A stretch of DNA of 32,000 nucleotides, taken from the NCBI GenBank assembly GCA_002419215.1, contig DIFQ01000127.1:5332-37331 (forward strand), given 5' to 3'. The notes under the pieces are model-generated. The model was not told where the DNA came from and ran no database searches. It saw only the letters and a program-made list of their open reading frames with translations. This stretch comes from Syntrophaceae bacterium UBA5744 (lineage in GTDB: Bacteria; Desulfobacterota; Syntrophia; Syntrophales; UBA2192). Shown here piece by piece: positions 24,944 through 32,000 of this stretch. Numbering within the stretch: the stretch's first letter is position 1; the number at the start of each line of letters is the position of its first letter. A program made the translations under genes and the position numbers.

Positions 24944-27900
24944 TCAGAGTTGACTGGCCCACTTGAGATACTCGTCCATTCCGGGAATGTCCATGCGCAG
25001 AAATTGATCCTGCAGAAGAACGGCACGGCGAATCAGTTCTTTATCATCAGTTTCATCCGCCTCCCGAAGAATACTGGACAAAGCAGCAACAAGGGGCTCG
25101 GTGTGCCATATCCGATGAGGCGGGTCCACTTCACTCAGCTTAGTAAAAAGGTGTTCACAGATATCGATAGCAGAGACCGGATCACGTCCAGCAAGGTCTG
25201 CAAGCCAGTCTAAAAAGGAGTGAAGATTGAAGTTGCTAAGATCTATGGCACTGAGGAAATTGAGAGCGAAGTCTCGATCTAAGCGCCGGCCCTGAATCTT
25301 TGGCGCAAAAGCATGCTCAATAGAGCCGTGTATCCTCATGTCCAGTTTGTCCCATTTTAAAATGCGTTTCAGACCATTTACACAGGCATTGTTGTATTGA
25401 TCCAAATTGGCCGTAAAAACCTGAGCAACTCCAAGCAACGCCGTTTCAAGATTCATTGATTCCAGATGGGAAAATAGGACATCATGCTCTATGTGGCCAG
25501 ACAGGGAGGACAGTGCTGCAATTCTCCCCCAGGCTTCGCCTGCTTCGGCAGGCGCTTCAAGGCGCATTCTCTCCAGATAAGGAGCTACTTCGCTAAAATG
25601 TTCATGGTACTGATAGTATAGGTGTCTTTCAGCAAGGGGCCACAAATGGATTTGAGGTTCGCGGAAGATTTTGTGAAACAGTTGCCAACCCAGTGCATGA
25701 CGTCTGGCCGTTAGGTACGGCAAATGCTCCAACAAGGCGGCCCGGACAGCCCCTACAGGGTCATATGTAAAAAGGCATATGAGGGAGAACAGGCTTTCGG
25801 GGGGATCTATATCCTTTTCCAGTAGACGATTATACAGCATTATTGCCGAGCCAGCGGTAATTCCTCGTATACTGCTTATGGCGTCACTCCGGAGATCCTC
25901 TGCTGTTATCCCTTTCTTGTTCTGACTGAAGATTCTCTGCCGTTCTCCTTCCGGATCAGGGTGCTTGGAAAGACGGAATAGCTGTAGGACGAGTCGCCTT
26001 ACTGAATCGCTGTCCTCTAGGACTTCGCAACAGGCTTCCAGAATCCGGACTACTGCATGGCCATCCTGCAGTAAATACGGTCTGCTTTCTATGATGTCCA
26101 GCAATGAGCCGGCCAGGGCTGCCCCATCCGGCAGAGGCTCGGTCGCTTGCCACTTTTCAGGCGGTCTCAATCGTCCGAAGCGGTAACGAAGGTGGTCGGC
26201 CGCGCCGTTGAGCAGACTGCTTATATAGCCGGTCTTGAGGTATTCCCGCTCAACTTTGGGCAACAGGGTGAGGAAGCGCATCGGATTTCTTGAGGTTGCC
26301 TCATCCAGCGTGCGCTCTACCATGTCACGACCGCCCTTATTTATATCTGCGGGATGACTGCTGTGATCACTATAATCGTTGTAGTAAAGGAACAACCGGA
26401 GCAGATCGCTATCATTCAGCATCATGAAATTCTCCAGAGGGACCGGAGAACCTACCCAGCCACCCCGAGAATAGATGCGTGCCCTCGGTGTATATGGACC
26501 GAAGTGGGGTTCGAAGCGCTCGATGAATTCTTGGCCAGTAGGAAGCCGGAATATCGAGGGTATCCAGATAAGGTAGTTGTAAATGGGGCGGTAATCCCAT
26601 ATTGTCACTTCAGCACTCCAATTTTTCTCATCGTAAAGCGCGAGAATAGCTTTCTGATTTGTTTCTTGAATTTCCGGCGTCAGAAGGTGGTATCCGGTAC
26701 GTATCAATTCGCCCAATTCATGCTCGATGTGACCGTAGCGGAGCAGTTTCTCGTTCGTAAGAAGGGCACTCATTCCATCAATATTCGCTTCGGGATTTTC
26801 CTTATAGGCCTGTATGAGAAAGTAGAGTAGTACCTCCTCCTGGGAGGATCTAAGCTCCGGCTCTCGCCTACGCCACCACTCGTCATTTTTCCGGGCGTGG
26901 TGCTTGAAGGCATGCTCAACGGCAGACAGAAAGATAGTGAAAGCGTCAGCCGGGTGCATGTCATAATGGCAGTGGCTGTATTCCCAGGACGAGCTATGGA
27001 GAAAAGTCATTCTTTGATACCTTGCAGATATTGCGCTATCGCTGGTCGCCCACTCCTCCAAGGCATTTGTGGCGGTATCCAAAAGCCATTCTGAATAGAG
27101 CATCCTATTAAGAAAGAATTCTTTTTCATGAAAGACATGGGGTTCGCAGTGCAGCTTTTTTCCTACGTCATAGGATTTAATATCACTCGGGTTTACATCC
27201 TTGATGATGTATCTCCACAGCAATTCGTCGCCCTGATTAGTTGCATCAACATAACGGCTGATCACAGTCCCAAGAAAATCTCTTTGGGCCTTGCTCTCTG
27301 CGAATAACGTTTCCATCAGATCAGGGGTCCCTTCAATATCCCAGTGCTGAAAGTTGCTGAGCTGGAAGGTGACTTGTAAAGCGAGTTCGCTCGCATCCTC
27401 CCATCCGTCGGAGAATGCCCTCCTCCATAAGGAGACCACCTCGCCGGGATGGGAGTTCATCCAGCGCTCGAATTGTCTCACGAATAACTTGTACCACTCA
27501 CCATCCGATGTAGGTGGTGCGAGCGATGGAAGCCATCGATCGAGGAGCATCTTAAACCACGCGTCACCATTAATCCTCCAAAACAAACGGCGGAATAGCT
27601 CCGGTTCCAGACGAAAAAGCCGCTGCAATAAGGGCCAGTCCTCACTCTCAGGATTAATTTCAGCAAGTGATTCAGCAATCAGACGTCTAAAGTGATAGGC
27701 AATCTCCGTGTCGTGTAAGGCAGCCCATATTTGTCTGGGGAACAGGTCAGGGGCGTGAGTCCGCAAGTGGAATACGAAGGTGCGCACAGCAGCACGTAGA
27801 AATGGGAAGGGAGGATGGGCTTTTATGAACGCAGCAAGATCTTCATTGCGTGCGATAGAGGAATAGACCGCCATGTTGTCAAGCAGGGTCTGATGACTGA

Positions 27901-29521
27901 ATCCGAAATTGCCATTTGGATCTTCATATAGAACTCCATTGCTGACTAGGGACCGGCGGATATATTCCCCACCTGAAAAGGCTGCAGGATGGATAAGGTT
28001 AGTACGATCACGAAGCAACCGAGAGGCCAACGCTTGCAATGCTGCAATTGCCGGTTGTCCTAGGGCAGGATCTTTGCTGACCACCTCTTGGAGGTAAACT
28101 TCGTGTAATTCATAGGCCGTGTGTATGTCGCATCGACCGCCGCGCGATACGATTGCTTCAAACAACCGCAGATTCTGCGGGAGCAAAAGGAGACGCCGCA
28201 ATTCCGCGTCCACCTGTATTTCTTGAATGCCCCATTCTTTCAACAGCGGGGCCACAACTGCGTCATAGTCGAAGTCTGCAATGTGAATTTTATGATCCCA
28301 TTTTCGATCACGGAGTTGCTGATCGTACTGAAGATCAAATGTACGGCATGCCGCGACTACTGTTACGTTCCGCATCGGATTCAGACGGTCAATGAGTCGC
28401 AGGAACATGCCAAGAGCCCCATGCTCGCGGTTCATCGACAAAACATCCAGGGAATCAATTATCACAATCACACGGCGGTGCTCAGAGAGTCTACCGCAGA
28501 GACCGACGATATCTCCCGGCAAGCCGGCGCTCTTTAGATCCCCTTCGTTGCCGAGCCGCGCGAAAAGGTCTCCTTTAATGAACAACAGGCCGAAACGAGA
28601 GTCCTGCTCAATGCGGTCTGCAAGATCCAGCAGAAGGCAGGTTTTTCCGCTACCTGGTCGGTCGAGTACAAGCACGGTGTCGGCGCCACCTTCTATCAAC
28701 TGGGCTAATTTTTCTAATTCAGCTCTCTCGATCCGATGTCCCCCGACCGCTCGTTGCCACTGTCGACCAATGCAGGATGCCTGTTCAAACTGTTTAAGAA
28801 TTACGACCTCGCTTATCATGGGCGCCTGCACTAGGCCTTTCTGAGCGAGATGTTGGATAACGTCGTTTCGACGAATGGTCCATGTTGTGGCCTGAATCTT
28901 GGACTGGTGTGCATTGAGAAATGATTCGAGAACCGGTAGGGCCAGGTCGGCGTGGGAGACCAATTGTTTCAGGTCCCACTTATTTTGCCGATCCCAATCA
29001 TCAAAAGAATGGTGCGCCCCGAATTCGAGACGGCGTAAGAGATGGAGAGATTTTGCCTCGGAACATTCCCATTTAGTGGCTATTGCTGTCAGAGCGGCTT
29101 GCAGTTTCTCGCCGCTTTGTCGTTTGAATGATGCAAGATCTGGGTACTCTCTGCTTGCCTCCGCAAGGGACTGAATGTCTCCAAAGGGTGTACGGGAATA
29201 AAGTTCGACAACGGTATTATCGTTGCTTTCCAGTTGACTTCGGATTTTGGGCAATTCATCAGCCAGGCTCTGGTCGGATAATGACCATGCGCGATTTTGC
29301 GGCTGATTTTTCTTGGCTTGTATGTGGCGTCGCCGACCATTGGTGTAAACGACCACTACATCATCGACACTGATTTGCTCGTCGACACCCGGAAGGCCAT
29401 TCGATTCAGCCTGAATGAAGTCGATTCCATCGTCGTCTTTAATGAGACGGATAATCCAGTGCAGCGCTATCACACGTTGATAGTCATCCCCTTGGCTCGA
29501 TTTAGTGCCGGCTCTACTCAT
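24944..29521 (-). CDS. Large P-loop NTPase (STAND/AAA-like) with an N-terminal Cap4/DUF4297-type PD-(D/E)xK nuclease domain and a helical-repeat C-terminal region of about 1,000 aa; Avs-like architecture
   Basis: 1,525 aa. The N-terminus QGDDYQRVIALHWIIRL...ISVDDVVVVYTNGRRRHIQAKK has the GxxYQ plus D...QxK motifs of the DUF4297/Cap4 nuclease fold. Walker A is LDRPGSGKTCLL, Walker B is RRVIVIIDSLDVL and sensor-like is VTVVAACRT. The rest is Leu/Trp/His-rich helical sequence with no catalytic motif. Confidence 0.7.
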   Translation of the reverse strand: MSRAGTKSSQGDDYQRVIALHWIIRLIKDDDGIDFIQAESNGLPGVDEQISVDDVVVVYTNGRRRHIQAKKNQPQNRAWSLSDQSLADELPKIRSQLESNDNTVVELYSRTPFGDIQSLAEASREYPDLASFKRQSGEKLQAALTAIATKWECSEAKSLHLLRRLEFGAHHSFDDWDRQNKWDLKQLVSHADLALPVLESFLNAHQSKIQATTWTIRRNDVIQHLAQKGLVQAPMISEVVILKQFEQASCIGRQWQRAVGGHRIERAELEKLAQLIEGGADTVLVLDRPGSGKTCLLLDLADRIEQDSRFGLLFIKGDLFARLGNEGDLKSAGLPGDIVGLCGRLSEHRRVIVIIDSLDVLSMNREHGALGMFLRLIDRLNPMRNVTVVAACRTFDLQYDQQLRDRKWDHKIHIADFDYDAVVAPLLKEWGIQEIQVDAELRRLLLLPQNLRLFEAIVSRGGRCDIHTAYELHEVYLQEVVSKDPALGQPAIAALQALASRLLRDRTNLIHPAAFSGGEYIRRSLVSNGVLYEDPNGNFGFSHQTLLDNMAVYSSIARNEDLAAFIKAHPPFPFLRAAVRTFVFHLRTHAPDLFPRQIWAALHDTEIAYHFRRLIAESLAEINPESEDWPLLQRLFRLEPELFRRLFWRINGDAWFKMLLDRWLPSLAPPTSDGEWYKLFVRQFERWMNSHPGEVVSLWRRAFSDGWEDASELALQVTFQLSNFQHWDIEGTPDLMETLFAESKAQRDFLGTVISRYVDATNQGDELLWRYIIKDVNPSDIKSYDVGKKLHCEPHVFHEKEFFLNRMLYSEWLLDTATNALEEWATSDSAISARYQRMTFLHSSSWEYSHCHYDMHPADAFTIFLSAVEHAFKHHARKNDEWWRRREPELRSSQEEVLLYFLIQAYKENPEANIDGMSALLTNEKLLRYGHIEHELGELIRTGYHLLTPEIQETNQKAILALYDEKNWSAEVTIWDYRPIYNYLIWIPSIFRLPTGQEFIERFEPHFGPYTPRARIYSRGGWVGSPVPLENFMMLNDSDLLRLFLYYNDYSDHSSHPADINKGGRDMVERTLDEATSRNPMRFLTLLPKVEREYLKTGYISSLLNGAADHLRYRFGRLRPPEKWQATEPLPDGAALAGSLLDIIESRPYLLQDGHAVVRILEACCEVLEDSDSVRRLVLQLFRLSKHPDPEGERQRIFSQNKKGITAEDLRSDAISSIRGITAGSAIMLYNRLLEKDIDPPESLFSLICLFTYDPVGAVRAALLEHLPYLTARRHALGWQLFHKIFREPQIHLWPLAERHLYYQYHEHFSEVAPYLERMRLEAPAEAGEAWGRIAALSSLSGHIEHDVLFSHLESMNLETALLGVAQVFTANLDQYNNACVNGLKRILKWDKLDMRIHGSIEHAFAPKIQGRRLDRDFALNFLSAIDLSNFNLHSFLDWLADLAGRDPVSAIDICEHLFTKLSEVDPPHRIWHTEPLVAALSSILREADETDDKELIRRAVLLQDQFLRMDIPGMDEYLKWASQL

Positions 29522-29568
29522 GGACGTAATTCCAATGGTATTTAGATCATAAGGGATGGTCCTTTATG

Positions 29569-30813
29569 CTACAGATATGCTACAGCATTTTTTTGTATAA
29601 GGGCCACGATTTTGCCGATGATCCCATCGTTTTTCTGATTTTTTTCAAAATCCGTTGATACGGGTTCTGCAATAGTGACGATCCGCGAGGCCATATCGCT
29701 GACCATGTTGAGGACGTACCGGCGTTTTAAGGAAACGGCATCAGCGAATCTTTCCCAGTTTCGCGTGTGGAGCCAGCGGGCCCTGTTCTCCCCTCCGATC
29801 TTCATCGCGAACTTTTCAGCCAGGTGCGGGTAAACCTGCGTCGAAAGCAGGTCGTAGAAAGGTGCCAACTGCGGGCCCTTGTCCGTGAACAGGATGGATA
29901 GATTCTTCGCATGGGCGTCGGCATTTCCGACGACGACGTTGAAAATAACCCATCTGAGGAGGGCCCGCTGGTCCGCCGCCGGCCGGATGCTGTGCTCCTT
30001 GAGAAGGGCAAAACATTGCTCGAGCGATGGACCTCCCTCACTCTCGTATTTCTGCTCCGGCAAGATTCCCAAGGCCTGACAAAAGTCTTCCTGATGAAGT
30101 CGGACGACCGTACCGTCCTTTTTTCTTTCCCGGTCATAACGCGTGACGACCAGGATTGTATCCTGATTTTTCCTGATGATCACATCTGCAACGGGAATAT
30201 GCATTCTCCATGCGAGCGTCATGCAGAAGGCCTCATTTTCAACGGATTGCTCTATGCGGGGAATGGGTGGCTTGAGAACGTGCGTGCTGGGGCTGGTCCC
30301 CGTAGCAATATAGATTTTATCCTCGTCATCTATATAAACGGGTAGTTTATTCTGCGCACCGGCAAGTGATAAACGAATACCCTTATCCCCGGCTAAGAGT
30401 GGTCTCCTTGGGAGCTCGGCAAGCATCTTGTGGAATGCCTCTTCATCGAGTTCCCTGTAGCCGGAACGGTCAACAGGCTGTGAGCCCCGCGGGAGAATTG
30501 AGACGGCACCCGCGCATTCTCCTCCTATTTTCTCGAGCAGGGAATAGGCGTTTTGCTCTGAGACACGGAACTGCTTGGCAATCAGCTCCCGAATCTCCCC
30601 TTCGGGCAGGAGGTTCGCAAAAAAAGGACGCGCTGTGTCATCGGAGTAGGGCTCCGGCCGAAGAGGCAGTGATAGAGATAGCGGGAAAATGTGTGACCCC
30701 TTAAGCCATCCGGTATCGTATTGAAAGACAAATCGACGTCGCTCGTCAAGCCAGAGCTTTCCGGCAAGCCGGTCGCGGAAATAAACGTCGAGTCCTGGCG
30801 ATTTCTCACTCAT
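29569..30813 (-). CDS. hipA: HipA-family serine/threonine kinase toxin
   Basis: 414 aa. MSEKSPGLDVYFRDRLAGKLWLDERRRFVFQYDTGWL...FFANLLPEG...GECAGAV...LAGAQNKLP...NADAHAKNLS matches the HipA N-terminal coupling and kinase core motifs. Confidence 0.9.
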   Translation of the reverse strand: MSEKSPGLDVYFRDRLAGKLWLDERRRFVFQYDTGWLKGSHIFPLSLSLPLRPEPYSDDTARPFFANLLPEGEIRELIAKQFRVSEQNAYSLLEKIGGECAGAVSILPRGSQPVDRSGYRELDEEAFHKMLAELPRRPLLAGDKGIRLSLAGAQNKLPVYIDDEDKIYIATGTSPSTHVLKPPIPRIEQSVENEAFCMTLAWRMHIPVADVIIRKNQDTILVVTRYDRERKKDGTVVRLHQEDFCQALGILPEQKYESEGGPSLEQCFALLKEHSIRPAADQRALLRWVIFNVVVGNADAHAKNLSILFTDKGPQLAPFYDLLSTQVYPHLAEKFAMKIGGENRARWLHTRNWERFADAVSLKRRYVLNMVSDMASRIVTIAEPVSTDFEKNQKNDGIIGKIVALIQKNAVAYL

Positions 30814-31036
30814 TCGACCATGTCCTCTCCTTGATTTCTAGTTCGAGGCCGAGGGCCGCAAGGACCTGCAGGACTTTGTCGAGGCGCACCGTCGGTTTCC
30901 CGTTTTCTAGATTCGATAAGAAACGGTAATTCACATTGCACAGACCGGCGGCGTCTATGAGGGTCAAACCGTCCCCCTTACGCTTTCTCCGGACCGCCGC
31001 CCCGATATCCGTGACGGATTTTACGAGCATCATCAC
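30806..31036 (-). CDS. hipB: HipB-like XRE-family HTH antitoxin
   Basis: 76 aa. IGAAVRRKRKGDGLTLIDAAGLCNVNYRFLSNLENGKPTVRLDKVLQVLAALGLEL is a Cro/C1-type HTH. There is an 8-nt overlap (ATGAGTGA) with hipA, and GGAGG lies 6 nt upstream of the GTG/ATG start cluster. Confidence 0.85.
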   Translation of the reverse strand: MMMLVKSVTDIGAAVRRKRKGDGLTLIDAAGLCNVNYRFLSNLENGKPTVRLDKVLQVLAALGLELEIKERTWSNE

Positions 31037-31054
31037 GCTATTCCTCCGAAAATG

Positions 31055-31172
31055 TATTCCCGATCGGGAATATTAATAGAAGAAAAGTGATCTGTCAAGT
31101 GATTTATTCCCGACCGGGAATAAATTGCACCGATCGAGGCAATACGATATTGAATATTCCCGGACGGGAATA
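31055..31172. promoter_or_regulatory. Three phased 18-bp palindromic operators (TATTCCCG-N2-CGGGAATA) upstream of hipB
   Basis: tattcccgatcgggaata at 31055-31072, tattcccgaccgggaata at 31105-31122 and tattcccggacgggaata at 31155-31172. The arms are identical, only the central dinucleotide varies, and the start-to-start spacing is exactly 50 bp. Confidence 0.75.
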
Positions 31173-31319
31173 ATAATTGCCGCATTAAGCACATCGGCAT
31201 TGTGTACCGGGCGGAATCAAAGTTGACATCGCGTGTGGCATTTGTTAACGAATTGAGCGGAATAATTTGGCAAGTCAGGGAGTTATAATAAATAACTTAA
31301 TCGAGGCAGGGTAGGGCAC

Positions 31320-32000
31320 ATGCCAGAAACTCCGGAACAGAAAGCCCGCCGTGAAATCGATTCCGATCTTGCATCGGCAGGCTGGATCGTCCAGAGCCGC
31401 GACGAGCTCGACCTGACTGCCGGGCGGGGCATCGCCATCAGAGAATTCTCGATGAAACCTGGCTTCGGTTCTGCGGACTACCTCCTTTACCTCGATCGTA
31501 AGGCTGTAGGCGCCGTCGAGGCGAAGGCGAAAGGAACGCTTACCGGCGTCGAGGAGCAGACCGCGAAATACGCCGCCGGCTTGCCGGACAATCTGCCCGC
31601 ACACAGACGTCCCCTGCCGTTCCTGTTCGAATCCAACGGGTCGATTACATACTTTACCAATGGTCTCGACCCGACGCCGCGCAGCCGCCAGGTCTTCAAC
31701 TTTCCTCGACCAGAGACCCTCGGTGAACTCGTTACCCAGACCACGCAACTCCGTACTCGCCTGAAGCAACTGCCGCCCCTCGACGAATCACGTCTCTGGA
31801 AGGTCCAGGTACGCGCCATCCTCAAGCTCGAAGAATCCTTCAAGCGCGCCGCTCCACGTGCGCTCATTCAGATGGCCACGGGCTCCAGCAAAACCTTTAC
31901 CGCCATTACGGCTATTTATCGCCTGCTCACTTACGCCAAAGCCGGGCGCGTCCTGTTTCTGGTGGATACCAAAAATCTGGGCGAGCAGGCCGAGCAGGAA
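31320..32000 (+). CDS. hsdR: Type I restriction enzyme R subunit (HsdR)-like helicase-nuclease; N-terminal 227 aa, continues beyond the right edge
   Basis: Not in the ORF track because it is open at the edge. Manual translation from ATG 31320 gives MPETPEQKARREIDSDLASAGWIVQSRDELDLTAGRGIAIREFSMKPGFGSADYLLYLDRKAVGAVEAKAKG..., an HsdR_N / PD-(D/E)xK-like module with ADY...EAK. It is followed by ALIQMATGSSKTFTAI, helicase motif I. Confidence 0.7.
   Translation, partial: MPETPEQKARREIDSDLASAGWIVQSRDELDLTAGRGIAIREFSMKPGFGSADYLLYLDRKAVGAVEAKAKGTLTGVEEQTAKYAAGLPDNLPAHRRPLPFLFESNGSITYFTNGLDPTPRSRQVFNFPRPETLGELVTQTTQLRTRLKQLPPLDESRLWKVQVRAILKLEESFKRAAPRALIQMATGSSKTFTAITAIYRLLTYAKAGRVLFLVDTKNLGEQAEQE

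Noticed and set aside
24931-25026. Upstream start at 25026 for the TIR protein (MPFFCRINFCAWTF...).
   Set aside because: It would overlap the STAND gene by 83 nt. The ATG at 24930 has a GAGG RBS and sits 13 nt after the upstream stop, and the extra 32 aa are Cys/Phe/Trp-rich and non-protein-like.
31055-31172. Possible mini-CRISPR array, given regularly spaced repeats.
   Set aside because: The repeats are only 18 bp, perfectly palindromic and separated by 32 bp. They lie exactly in the hipB promoter region and no cas genes are present. An operator array explains them better.
31275-31867. Minus-strand ORFs 31275..31769 and 31487..31867.
   Set aside because: They are antisense to the HsdR-like reading frame, which has clear motifs, and their translations are Arg/Gly-rich without motifs.
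21540-32000. Integrase, transposase or IS element marking the island.
   Set aside because: No ORF in the window shows tyrosine or serine recombinase or DDE motifs. Any integrase must lie beyond the right edge, so mobility is inferred only from composition and the tRNA-like fragment.

Overview
The window has two parts. Positions 1 to about 21,550 are GC-rich chromosomal backbone from a Gram-negative anaerobe-like genome. It carries a truncated CN-hydrolase, an MFS transporter, a class IV aminotransferase and two amidase-signature enzymes with hotdog thioesterases. It also holds a complete pgaABCD (PNAG exopolysaccharide) operon with a sigma54-type promoter, followed by an SGNH hydrolase and an LVIVD-repeat lipoprotein. 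An AEC transporter and a CheY-CheD-HDOD module complete this part. From about 21,600 to the right edge the sequence is visibly AT-richer (judged by eye, not computed) and looks like an integrated island. Its left border has a 3' tRNA-like fragment followed by an intrinsic terminator. Its cargo is conflict-related: hipBA with three phased operator palindromes, the start of a type I HsdR-like gene, and a tightly packed four-gene minus-strand operon at 22,008-29,521. That operon encodes a 1,525-aa P-loop/STAND-like protein with a Cap4/DUF4297-type nuclease N-terminus, a TIR-domain protein, an HNH nuclease with an unknown C-terminal domain, and a divergent palm-fold cyclase-like protein. I do not recognise this gene combination as a named defence system, so it is the main candidate for a new system. 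No rRNA, CRISPR array, integrase or transposase was seen. Many long ORFs in the GC-rich part are antisense shadow ORFs and were rejected.
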